Assembly (NCBI GenBank): GCA_020073305.1
Contig: JAIQFK010000011.1
Span: 91,547 to 155,546, forward strand
Origin: Terriglobia bacterium
GTDB lineage: Bacteria; Acidobacteriota; Terriglobia; Bryobacterales; Bryobacteraceae
Direction: 5' to 3'
Length of the DNA stretch: 64,000 nucleotides
Under the pieces are notes generated by a model, which saw only the letters and a program-made list of their open reading frames with translations, had not been told where the DNA came from and made no database searches. The translations under genes were made by a program, and so were the position numbers. Positions 19,254-27,676 of this stretch are shown piece after piece; within the stretch, counting starts at the first letter, position 1, and every line of letters starts with the position of its first letter.

Positions 19254-20171
19254 ATGCTCACCCGCCGCGTATTTCTCGCCGGAGCCGCGGCGGCGGGATT
19301 GCGCGCCGAATCTGAACCGCGATACCGGGTGGGTATCACGACCAACACGCGCGGCGGCTGGGAAAAGGATGTATTTCTCTCGTTCCGCGAGGCGCATGAG
19401 GCGGGATATTCATACGTTGAGTCGTTCAGCGACTACTTCGGCGATTACTTGGACAGGCCGCATGACCTGTTGCAGAGAACCGGTGCAATCGGCGTCAGGT
19501 TCGAGACCATCTCCAACGGCGGCCGCATGGAGACGCACTTCGAGGATCCCGCCAAACACGAGAAGATCATCGAACAGCATATGCACCTGGTGTCGTTCAT
19601 CAAGCGCCTGGGCTGCGATCATCTGAAGATCAACACCGGCCCGCGGCGGCCAGGCGGCACCACCGGTCAGGACCTGAAGAACATGGCCGTGGTCTTCAAT
19701 CTTCTCGGCCAGCGCATCAGCGGGGAAGGATTGAAGTTCGGGGTGCACGCGCACATGTGGACGCAGTTCGAGAACCGGCGCGAGATTGACAGCGTGCTTG
19801 GCTCGACCGATCCGCGGCACGTCTGGTTCGTCCTGGATACCGGGCACATCACGATGGCGGGAATCGACCCGGTTGAACTAACACGCGCGCTGGGCCACCG
19901 GATCATCGAGTTTCATCTGAAGGACACCCAGCCCGAATACCGCGGCGGCGCGAAACAGCGGCGCGAGCGCAACGACGCCATGAAAGATCCGATCTTTTTC
20001 GAGCTGGGCAAGGGCGGCGTCGATTTTCCGGCCATCAAGGCGCATCTCGATCAGATCGGATGGCGAGGCTGGTTGACTGTGGAGTTGGACTCGTCACCGT
20101 ATCGCCCACCCAAAGAGAGCGCCCGCATCAGCAAGCACTACATCGAGAGCGTCCTGGGAATTCCGCTATAG
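19254..20171 (+). CDS. sugar phosphate isomerase/epimerase (xylose-isomerase-like TIM barrel) with Tat-like signal
   Basis: MLTRRVFLAGAAAAGL is a twin-arginine-like leader. Motifs GYSYVE, HMW, DTGH and ELD fit the AP-endonuclease-2/TIM-barrel family. The ATG at 19254 is preferred over the ORF start at 19230. Confidence 0.8.
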   Translation: MLTRRVFLAGAAAAGLRAESEPRYRVGITTNTRGGWEKDVFLSFREAHEAGYSYVESFSDYFGDYLDRPHDLLQRTGAIGVRFETISNGGRMETHFEDPAKHEKIIEQHMHLVSFIKRLGCDHLKINTGPRRPGGTTGQDLKNMAVVFNLLGQRISGEGLKFGVHAHMWTQFENRREIDSVLGSTDPRHVWFVLDTGHITMAGIDPVELTRALGHRIIEFHLKDTQPEYRGGAKQRRERNDAMKDPIFFELGKGGVDFPAIKAHLDQIGWRGWLTVELDSSPYRPPKESARISKHYIESVLGIPL

Positions 20172-20194
20172 CGCCTCCGCCTTTTTGCCGTTGC

Positions 20195-21136
20195 TCAGTG
20201 CGAGGGCACAGTGGGGATCGCGGTCGTGCCGGTGTCCTCGCGGTGGTGAGCGAGAAACTCACTCAGTGCGGCGAAGGAGATCTGCCAGGTTCTCCCGGAT
20301 GCGTCATCGCCTTTCAAGTTCTCTTGAGACGATGGAAGGTGCCCGGCCCAGTCGGGCCACGTGCGCAAGTAATCGAACGTGGAGGCCCCTATCACCAGGT
20401 CGGCGTCCAGTTCTTTGATGGCGGACTGCAGCCGGAAGGCCGCATTCACGGTGTCGCCGATGGCAGCCAGCTCTGTGTTCACGCCCGCGCCGATCGACAA
20501 GGGTTCAGACAGATCGAACGACTCGTGCAGCGTGGCCGTCATCCGCGCGACCCCCGCTACCGCCCGCAGGATGCGCAGGATCTCGATATGTTCGCGCCCC
20601 TTGGCGCCGTGTGTCCAGACGCTCACGACCGAATCACCGAGGTGTTTCTGAGCCGTGCCGCCGCCGTAGTGTACCAGACGATCGACCTCCGCAGACCACG
20701 TACTCACCAGTTGGCTCAGAACTCCGGTGTCCATATCCTGTGCCACTACCGTGAATTCCCGGAGATACATCACCACAACGGAAACAACCTGCTGGCTTTC
20801 GGGCGAAGGGCTGGCCGCGGCAGGCTGCGCCGGGTTGCGGAAGCACAGACGCGATTTTCCGAACGCAAGGTGGTCACCATCGCGCAGAACGGTGGGCGCC
20901 GTCAGCTTTCGTTCGTTGACGAGCGAGCCGTTGGCGCTGTCCATGTCAATGAGGTAAAACTCTCCGTCCTCTGTTTGCTGGATCATGGCGTGGTTCCGGG
21001 ACACCATGTCGTCGATCAACACGACGGCGTTTTGCTCGCCCCGCCCGATCTTCCAGACATTGGCGGAGATCAGCGGGATCTCTCGTCCCTCTTCGTCCTC
21101 GAACTTCAGAAAAGGTGCTGGTGATGCCTCGGCCAT
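20195..21136 (-). CDS. FHA domain-class III adenylate/guanylate cyclase
   Basis: The N-terminal FHA domain reads WKIGRGEQNAVVLIDDMVSRNHAMI...YLIDMDSANGSLVN. The C-terminal cyclase homology domain reads VVVMYLREFT...KHLGDSVVSVW...GAGVNTELAAIGD. Confidence 0.8.
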   Translation of the reverse strand: MAEASPAPFLKFEDEEGREIPLISANVWKIGRGEQNAVVLIDDMVSRNHAMIQQTEDGEFYLIDMDSANGSLVNERKLTAPTVLRDGDHLAFGKSRLCFRNPAQPAAASPSPESQQVVSVVVMYLREFTVVAQDMDTGVLSQLVSTWSAEVDRLVHYGGGTAQKHLGDSVVSVWTHGAKGREHIEILRILRAVAGVARMTATLHESFDLSEPLSIGAGVNTELAAIGDTVNAAFRLQSAIKELDADLVIGASTFDYLRTWPDWAGHLPSSQENLKGDDASGRTWQISFAALSEFLAHHREDTGTTAIPTVPSH

Positions 21137-21291
21137 GCCTTGCGCCCCGCCTGGATTCTTGCGGATGCCGCTGCAGCGGGTCCGCCTTGCGAGGCTAATT
21201 TAGCATATTGAAAACCAAGTCGGCGATTTTTTCACTTCCTCCAGGCCTGCGCTACAGTTAGACTGATGAGCGCAGCCAGGCGGCGCGAGCC

Positions 21292-22134
21292 ATGATCTTT
21301 GACGCCCGGCCACCCGAGCCGCCCGGTTGGCAGCGCCACTTTGTGCCTTCGGCGCGTTACTGGATGCGCACGGAAGTGCATGTTCATGCGTTGGCGGTGT
21401 CCGCCAGCGTGCTGCTTTCGTTCTTTCCTTTTCTGATCGTCATGATTTCGTTGTGCCGGTACGGTTTCCGGTGGCCGGCCGCGGTCAACGCCATCTATCT
21501 TGCGCTGAACGATTTCTTCCCCGGCGAACTGGGTGGTTTCATCCGGCGGAATCTGGTGGCGGTCATCGAATCGCGCGGGCCCATGCAAATCACATCTATC
21601 CTGCTGTTGCTTGTCACAGCCAACGGAATCTTCGAGCCGCTGGAGGTGGCGCTCAACGGAGTGTGGGGAGTGAGAGAAAACCGCAGTTATCTTAAGAACC
21701 AGTTGCTGAGCCTCGGCTTGATCTTTTTGTGTGGAGGACTGGCGCTCCTGTCCTTCATTCTGACGGCGCTCAATCAGGAGTATCTCGGCAGGTCCCTGGG
21801 GTTCACGGCTCGTGTGCCGCTGTGGATCAACCTGGCTTTCTTTAAGTTCGCGGCCATTCCTGTCTCCATCTTCGCGCTGTTCCTGGTCTACTGGCTGTTG
21901 CCCAACCGGCGTGTGCCGCCGGTGAGGGTTGCGCCAGTGGCTATTCTGGTGGGGCTGGGAATCGAGCTGCTGAAATACATCAACCTGCTCATGTGGCCGT
22001 TCTTGAAAGAAAAGCTGCAGCGGGAGTACGGTCCTTTTTATATCTCCGTCACGATTGTCATCTTCAGCTTCATCGCCAGCATGATTGTGCTGACGGGGGC
22101 CGAATGGGCCGCGCGCCACAATCCCGTGGAATAG
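21292..22134 (+). CDS. YihY/BrkB-family membrane protein
   Basis: 280-aa polytopic membrane protein. The pattern SASVLLSFFPFLIVMISL ... YGPFYISVTIVIFSFIASMIVLTGAEW is typical of the YihY family. Confidence 0.7.
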   Translation: MIFDARPPEPPGWQRHFVPSARYWMRTEVHVHALAVSASVLLSFFPFLIVMISLCRYGFRWPAAVNAIYLALNDFFPGELGGFIRRNLVAVIESRGPMQITSILLLLVTANGIFEPLEVALNGVWGVRENRSYLKNQLLSLGLIFLCGGLALLSFILTALNQEYLGRSLGFTARVPLWINLAFFKFAAIPVSIFALFLVYWLLPNRRVPPVRVAPVAILVGLGIELLKYINLLMWPFLKEKLQREYGPFYISVTIVIFSFIASMIVLTGAEWAARHNPVE

Positions 22135-22161
22135 ACAGCAAGACGGTAAAATATATCCTCG

Positions 22162-22341
22162 ATGAAAAAGTGGAAAAAAATCGCGGAAGGCTACGATCTC
22201 CGCATTCCTGAATCGGAACTCGAGCGGATTGCGCCTTCGCTCGATGCGCTGGAATCGGCTTTCCGGCCGCTCACGAGAAATATCCCCGATGATGTCGAAC
22301 CCGCCATCACGTTCCGAGTCGTTCCGGAGACCGGCGAGTGA
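22162..22341 (+). CDS. small GatC/AtzG-like protein (59 aa, absent from the ORF track)
   Basis: My own translation gives MKKWKKIAEGYDLRIPESELERIAPSLDALESAFRPLTRNIPDDVEPAITFRVVPETGE. Its stop overlaps the amidase GTG start (GTGA, 22338-22341). The layout resembles GatC/AtzG (helical segment, then an acidic D-V-E-P-x-x-x-F tail). Confidence 0.55.
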   Translation: MKKWKKIAEGYDLRIPESELERIAPSLDALESAFRPLTRNIPDDVEPAITFRVVPETGE

Positions 22342-23723
22342 CCCTGCTCGAAGCGGCACAGGCGTTGCGCCGGCGCGCGGTGTCTTCGGCCGAGCTGACG
22401 GCAGCATCCCTTCAGCGTATCGGCGAACTCAATCCGAAGCTCAACGCGATGCTCACCGTGCTGGAAGAAGACGCGAGAGCGCGGGCACAAGCAGCCGATG
22501 AAGAGCTGGCGCAGGGCGCCGATCGTGGGCCGCTGCACGGCATTCCTGTTGCCGTCAAAGATGTTTTCGAAACGCGGGGCGTGCGCACCACCTGCGGCTC
22601 GGTGATCTTCCTCCACCATGTTCCGGATCGCGACGCGGCCGTAGTCGAAAGGCTCGCGGCGGCCGGTGCGGTGCTCGTTGGCAAGGCCGGTATGCATGAA
22701 CTGGCCTACGGGATCACGTCGAACAATCCGCACTTCGGCGCGATCCACAATCCCTGCGATCCCGAACACATTCCCGGCGGCTCGAGCGGTGGCTCGGGCG
22801 CCGCCGTGGCGTCGGAGATGGTCTTCATGGCCATGGGGAGCGACACGGGCGGCTCGATTCGCATCCCGGCATCATTCTGCGGAACGGTGGGACTGAAGCC
22901 TACCAGCGGACGCGTGAGCCGCTACGGCGTGATGCCGCTCGATTTCTCGCTCGACCACATGGGACCGTTGACGGGCTCGGTGCGCGATGCGGCCGTCACG
23001 CTCCAGGCGATTGCCGGCTTTGACCCGCGTGATGACACATCGTCGCGAGAGCCTGTGGCGAACTACCTGCCGGAACCCGGCTGCTCAATTCGCGAATTGC
23101 GCATTGGCCTGCCGCAGAATTTCTACTTCGAGCGGCTCGATCCGGATGTGGATGTGGCGGTGCGGCGCATGGCGGCCACGGCCGAATCGCTGGGAGCGTG
23201 TATTCTCCCGGTGCGCGTGCCGGACATCGAAGCGTTGAACGCCGTGGGCCGCGTGATCCTGCTGGCGGAAGCCTCAGCGCTAATGGAGAAGTATATCGGC
23301 AACCGCGACCAGTTCGGATCCGATGTTTTGGCGCTGTTCGATCAGGGGCGTCTCCTTCCAGCGACGGACTACGTCAACGCGCAGCGCCTGCGCCGTATGA
23401 TGCAGCGCGAGTTCGCGCAATTGTGGTCGCAGGTCGATTGCCTGTTCACGCCCACCACGCCCTTGGCCGCGCCGCGCATCGGCGAAAAGACCGTGCACCT
23501 GGGCGGCTTCGTTGAAGATGTGCGGCTGGCGTCGACGCGCCTGGTGCGCGGCATTAATGTGCTGGGATTGCCGGCGATTTCGATCCCCTGCGGCCGCGAC
23601 CGTCGCGGATTGCCGGTCGGACTGCAGATTATCGGCCGTCCGTTCGACGAAGCCCTGATTTTGCGAGTGGCTGCCGCGCTCGAGGACGCCACCGGAAACT
23701 CTGGCGGACCAACGGCTCTCTGA
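22338..23723 (+). CDS. amidase-signature (AS) family amidohydrolase, GatA/AtzE-like
   Basis: Contains GIPVAVKDVF and GGSSGGSGAAVAS (the Ser-cisSer-Lys signature region). No gatB follows it. Confidence 0.88.
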   Translation: MTLLEAAQALRRRAVSSAELTAASLQRIGELNPKLNAMLTVLEEDARARAQAADEELAQGADRGPLHGIPVAVKDVFETRGVRTTCGSVIFLHHVPDRDAAVVERLAAAGAVLVGKAGMHELAYGITSNNPHFGAIHNPCDPEHIPGGSSGGSGAAVASEMVFMAMGSDTGGSIRIPASFCGTVGLKPTSGRVSRYGVMPLDFSLDHMGPLTGSVRDAAVTLQAIAGFDPRDDTSSREPVANYLPEPGCSIRELRIGLPQNFYFERLDPDVDVAVRRMAATAESLGACILPVRVPDIEALNAVGRVILLAEASALMEKYIGNRDQFGSDVLALFDQGRLLPATDYVNAQRLRRMMQREFAQLWSQVDCLFTPTTPLAAPRIGEKTVHLGGFVEDVRLASTRLVRGINVLGLPAISIPCGRDRRGLPVGLQIIGRPFDEALILRVAAALEDATGNSGGPTAL

Positions 23724-23747
23724 AGGGCCGGACGTGTGCCGGCCCTT
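23723..23747 (+). terminator. GC-rich hairpin after the amidase
   Basis: AAGGGCCGG-acgtgtg-CCGGCCCTT is a 9-bp perfect stem that overlaps the last base of the amidase stop codon (23723). Only a short T tail follows. Confidence 0.5.
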
Positions 23748-23791
23748 GTAGGGGCGACGCATGCGCCGCCCATGTAAGAAAGTCCTGCCTG

Positions 23792-24370
23792 ATGCGACTA
23801 CCTGTTTGGAAGCCAAGAAAGATGGTCGCAGAACCTGCGGTAGCAGAGACGACGCTCGAAAGCTACAGCGGCAGATTTTGCGAGCTGTTTGAAGCGTATC
23901 AGCCCGCCCTGCGGCGCCTGGTCTCGGCATATGTGATCAACGCCGCGGACCGCGAGGACCTGTTGCAGGAGATCGCCGCGGGGATCTGGAAATCGCTGCC
24001 GGGCTTTCGCGGAGATTCGTCGGAGCGCACCTGGATTTACCGCATCGCGCATAATATCGCGATTCGCACTTCATCCCAAGTGCGGGCGCGCGGCGCGCGG
24101 GAGCCGGGTCTCGAGACTTCCTTCGACCACCCGTCCGGCGAGCGGAGCGCGGAAGATGCGCTACTGATCGGCGAGAGGCAACGTGCGCTCATGAACGGTA
24201 TCCGCGAATTACCCGCCGTCGACAGGCAAATCGTGACGCTGCACCTGGAAGGATTGAGCGCCGCGGAAATCGATGAGGTCACCGGAGTCTCGGCGGGCGC
24301 GATTGCCACGCGCCTCACGCGAATCCGGCAAAAGCTGAGCGAGCGGGTGCAAGGAGGCCGCGGGCAATGA
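23792..24370 (+). CDS. ECF-type RNA polymerase sigma factor
   Basis: Region 2 reads DREDLLQEIAAGIWKSL...RTWIYRIAHNIAI. Region 4 reads LEGLSAAEIDEVTGVSAGAIATRLTRIRQKL. Confidence 0.9.
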   Translation: MRLPVWKPRKMVAEPAVAETTLESYSGRFCELFEAYQPALRRLVSAYVINAADREDLLQEIAAGIWKSLPGFRGDSSERTWIYRIAHNIAIRTSSQVRARGAREPGLETSFDHPSGERSAEDALLIGERQRALMNGIRELPAVDRQIVTLHLEGLSAAEIDEVTGVSAGAIATRLTRIRQKLSERVQGGRGQ

Positions 24371-24984
24371 ACCGACTGGATGAGCTGGAACAACTCTGGA
24401 AGACTCAGCCGGTAGATCCGGCCGTGAAGGGAGAAGAAATGCGCAAAATCGTTCTGCAGAAGACGGAGAAGTTCGATCGCACGATCCGGCGGCGCAACAT
24501 CCTCGAGATGATCGCTGCCGCCGCCGTCGCAGCGTTCTTCATTTACATCGCCTGGGGCCAGCATAACGGAATCGAGCGGGCCGGGAGTTTTATGCTGGTG
24601 GCCAGTTCGCTTTGGATCATTTACTACATGTGGCGCCACGGGGTTGAGCCGCCCGATCCGAATCCGGATCAGACCCTCGCCGGGTATCAGAACGCGCTGA
24701 TCCGGAAATACGACCACCAGATCCGGCTCTTGCGCAGCGTGAAGTTTTGGTACCTGGCGCCGTTTTACGTGGGCCTCCTCATCAGCAGCGTGGGCTTGTT
24801 GAAAGAGCTGGCCGAAAAGGGCGCACCCACATGGTTCGCATTCCTGTTCCCAGCCATTTACACGCTGATCTTCGCGGGTATCTGGTGGTTGAACGAGGTT
24901 TACAGTGTGCGCAAGCTGAAGAGTATGCGAGCGCAAGTGTTATCCGGCATAGGAGAAGGACATGGCGAACTCGAAGAATGCTAG
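24367..24984 (+). CDS. membrane protein coupled to the ECF sigma (candidate anti-sigma factor)
   Basis: ATGA overlap with the sigma gene stop. A cytoplasmic N-terminal segment is followed by about 4 TM helices. There is no ZAS motif, so the anti-sigma role rests on position only. Confidence 0.6.
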   Translation: MNRLDELEQLWKTQPVDPAVKGEEMRKIVLQKTEKFDRTIRRRNILEMIAAAAVAAFFIYIAWGQHNGIERAGSFMLVASSLWIIYYMWRHGVEPPDPNPDQTLAGYQNALIRKYDHQIRLLRSVKFWYLAPFYVGLLISSVGLLKELAEKGAPTWFAFLFPAIYTLIFAGIWWLNEVYSVRKLKSMRAQVLSGIGEGHGELEEC

Positions 24985-25420
24985 CGCCTTGATTAACATT
25001 CGCAAGCTGGCGGCGCTGGACATCGCCTTCCACGGACCGAAGTTCATCCTCGCTGAGTTTGGAACGGGAGTTTTCCTGTTCGCCGCATGCGGCCTCTTCA
25101 CTCTGTTCGATGGGATATTTCGCCGGCACTCGGGCTGGGAGGTGATCTGGGCGGGATACCTCCTAGCGTTGGGAATCAACTACGTGCCGCTCTTGCGGTA
25201 CGCCGTTGTCATCGCGCGCCAACGAAGCGCTAAGGAGGAAGCGGCGGGTGAAATGGCTCATAAGGCCAAACACGCGCTGCAATCTTTGCTCCTGCTAATC
25301 CCCTTGGTCGTGCCCGCCCTGGCGATGGCTCAGGAGTCGCGCAGAGCCCGGAAGGCAGCGGACGGCTGCAGGGTCGACCGGCCACCGGTAGCCAGGAAAC
25401 TCTATAGACTGTCACGCTAA
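24962..25420 (+). CDS. small membrane protein, unknown function
   Basis: 152-aa ORF with 3-4 hydrophobic helices. It overlaps the upstream gene by 23 nt on the same strand. Confidence 0.5.
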   Translation: MANSKNASALINIRKLAALDIAFHGPKFILAEFGTGVFLFAACGLFTLFDGIFRRHSGWEVIWAGYLLALGINYVPLLRYAVVIARQRSAKEEAAGEMAHKAKHALQSLLLLIPLVVPALAMAQESRRARKAADGCRVDRPPVARKLYRLSR

Positions 25421-25624
25421 GACCCCACTACCTAGGTTTTGGCTAAGGTGCTGCCTGGGGCCGGAGTTGGCGACGTACCGCTTCTGACATCGGCCGCCGC
25501 TATTCTTGTCGCTCCGGCCCTCAGGGCACGAAGTCGCCGGCATCCAGCACGATGGAGACGGCAACCCCGCATGGAGTCCGTTTGGCTAGTCACGCCCATA
25601 AACGCACTCCAAGGAATAGTGCGC

Positions 25625-27019
25625 TTACTGAGCAGAAGGTTTCAGTTGTGCGATAACCGCTTTGGCTTCCTGATCGAGAGCGGCTGCCATGGCTACCTCC
25701 GCCGATCCAGGATTCTGGCTGGCGGTTCCGGCTCCGCCGAGCGTGGACATCGCCCCGGCTGCGCCCAGCATGGAACTTGCCCCGGCCGACCCCATCGTGG
25801 GATTCGAGCCTCTCAGGAACATGGACATGCCGCCCATCATCGGGTCCATACCCGCCATCGGTGCGCCCGCTCCTTGGCCCCCGGCGAGAGCGTGCATCAT
25901 GGCAGGATTCATCATGCCGCCACCGGTCATCATCTTCGCCGCCATGGCCATCGGAACGACGTTTGAGGCCAGACTCGCAGCCGCCTTCCAGTTGAACGAG
26001 CCTCCGTTTTTGCCGGTAACCGACGAAGCCAGCACCGGTGCGCCGCCGCCGGCAGGCACCAGCCGGTAGTTGACGCGTGCCTCGACCGTTTCCCCTCCCG
26101 TAACCCGGCCGATTCCCGGAGCCTTGTGCAGGAAGCCGCCGATCTTCCCACCGGCAGGCGGTTTCTCCGCCGCTGCCGTTTCGTTATAGAGAATGTAGTC
26201 GCACTGCCAGTCCTGCGCCTTTTGCGCGATCGCCTCCGGTGATCCGTCCGCGAGCGGCACCACGTCGAACTTCGCCTCCTGCAATTGCGCCAGCAGATGT
26301 TGGTACGGCATCGTGCCCGGATTCTGCCCGCCCGGCTGATTGCGCACGGCCACCACGCCGATGCGAATCACGCCTGGCGTTTTTGTTGACGATTTCCGGT
26401 CACCCGCTTTCGGCGAGGAGTCCGTATAGCCTGCCGGGACTTCGAACAGTGCTGCGTCCAGCGGCGCAGTCGTCAGCGATGTTACCGACATAGTGAATGT
26501 GGAGGCTGGCTTGCCATCCTGCCCAGTTGTCGTCATCGTGTACGCCAACGGAAAACCGCGATGGGCGCCCCCGGCATCCTGCTGGCTGCAGGCAGCCGCT
26601 TCTTTCAGGTCGATATACCAGCCGTCCGTCTCGGTTTTCTTGCCGTCGGCGGTCTCGACCGTCTTCAGGTGACGGGCAGGGTAGCCGAACATATTCTTTC
26701 GTTCGCCCGTATCGGTCACCGTAGCCTGGGATCCGGAGGCGTCCGACTGAGCTGGTAAGCTCATATATGTCTTGGCTTTATCGTCAATCTGGATGACTCG
26801 CTTCTGGTCGCACTGCCGGACCAGCGTCAGGCCCTCGCCATACTCGTATCGGAGTCGCTCGCCCTTGGCATATGCCGTGGTTTCAGTAGTTTGGCCGTCA
26901 GAAACATATTTCGTGGCAATCTTCGTGTCGCACAGGGCCGCGGACGCAGCACCCAACAGAATTACCAAAGCACTTACTCCGGATTTGTTCATCTTTCTCC
27001 TCCTTGACGGTTGCTTCAC
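25625..27019 (-). CDS. secreted protein with Met/Gly-rich C-terminal region
   Basis: The signal peptide (MNKSGVSALVILLGAASAAL) suggests the likely start is ATG 26992. The C-terminal ~85 residues are extremely rich in Met, Gly and Ala (MMTGGGMMNPAMMHALAGG...MAGMDPMMGGMSMF). Confidence 0.7.
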   Translation of the reverse strand: MKQPSRRRKMNKSGVSALVILLGAASAALCDTKIATKYVSDGQTTETTAYAKGERLRYEYGEGLTLVRQCDQKRVIQIDDKAKTYMSLPAQSDASGSQATVTDTGERKNMFGYPARHLKTVETADGKKTETDGWYIDLKEAAACSQQDAGGAHRGFPLAYTMTTTGQDGKPASTFTMSVTSLTTAPLDAALFEVPAGYTDSSPKAGDRKSSTKTPGVIRIGVVAVRNQPGGQNPGTMPYQHLLAQLQEAKFDVVPLADGSPEAIAQKAQDWQCDYILYNETAAAEKPPAGGKIGGFLHKAPGIGRVTGGETVEARVNYRLVPAGGGAPVLASSVTGKNGGSFNWKAAASLASNVVPMAMAAKMMTGGGMMNPAMMHALAGGQGAGAPMAGMDPMMGGMSMFLRGSNPTMGSAGASSMLGAAGAMSTLGGAGTASQNPGSAEVAMAAALDQEAKAVIAQLKPSAQ

Positions 27020-27077
27020 CCTGTAAGCGAAAACCGGCGGACGAACTGGCTCACCGAAATGAAGGTTTCGGTTAAAC

Positions 27078-27662
27078 TTGGGAACGGAGGTGCCGGTGGG
27101 CAGCCCGCAGCCGGGACAAATTACCGAACTGCTGCGAGCCTGGGCAGCAGGGGAATCGGCAGCGCTGGACCGTTTGTTTCCAGATGTTTACGCCGAGCTG
27201 GCACGCATCGCGGAAAGCCGCCTGCGCGCCCGCCGCGTCGGCGACACGGTCGAGCCCTCCACGTTGGTGCACGAGGCCTACCTCCGGTTCAGCCAGTCCG
27301 ATCCGGTGCAATGGCAGGACCGGACTCATTTTTTCGCCGTGGCCGCCACGTTAATGCGGCGTATCCTGCTCGATCAGGCGCGCGCTCGCGGCGCAGCCAA
27401 ACGAGGTGGCGGAATTGAATTGACACTGAGCGAGCCGGCACAGACATCGAGCGCTCTCGAAGCCGAACTGCTCGATGTCGATGCCGCCATCCAGGAATTG
27501 GCCCGTCTCGACCGGCAGCAGGCGAAGATCGTCGAGATGCGTTTCTTCGGCGGTCTTTCGATCTCGGAGACCGCAATGGCGCTTGGCATCTCCCCCGCTA
27601 CCGTGAAACGGGACTGGGCAGTAGCCAAAACCTGGATACGCCGTCGGCTCAGCGATCACTAA
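27078..27662 (+). CDS. ECF sigma factor of the kinase-associated type
   Basis: N-terminal ITELLRAWAAGESAALDRLFPDVYAELARIA plus region 4 (FGGLSISETAMALGISPATVKRDWAVAKTWI). This matches the ECF subgroup that is typically encoded next to Ser/Thr kinases. Confidence 0.88.
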   Translation: MGTEVPVGSPQPGQITELLRAWAAGESAALDRLFPDVYAELARIAESRLRARRVGDTVEPSTLVHEAYLRFSQSDPVQWQDRTHFFAVAATLMRRILLDQARARGAAKRGGGIELTLSEPAQTSSALEAELLDVDAAIQELARLDRQQAKIVEMRFFGGLSISETAMALGISPATVKRDWAVAKTWIRRRLSDH

Positions 27663-27676
27663 TGAGATAAGGGGCC

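Noticed and set aside
22338-23723. Annotating the amidase plus small ORF as the genuine gatC-gatA of the Glu/Asp-tRNA amidotransferase.
   Set aside because: The small ORF is 59 aa, whereas GatC is about 95 aa. No gatB follows; an ECF sigma gene comes next. The upstream neighbour is an unrelated YihY membrane protein. The AtzG/AtzE-like interpretation fits better, but it is unverified.
25439-26069. Plus-strand ORFs 25439-25966 and 25689-26069, rich in Pro/Ala/Met/His.
   Set aside because: They are antisense to the Met/Gly-rich tail of the secreted protein at 25625-27019. Their odd composition is the complement of that low-complexity region.
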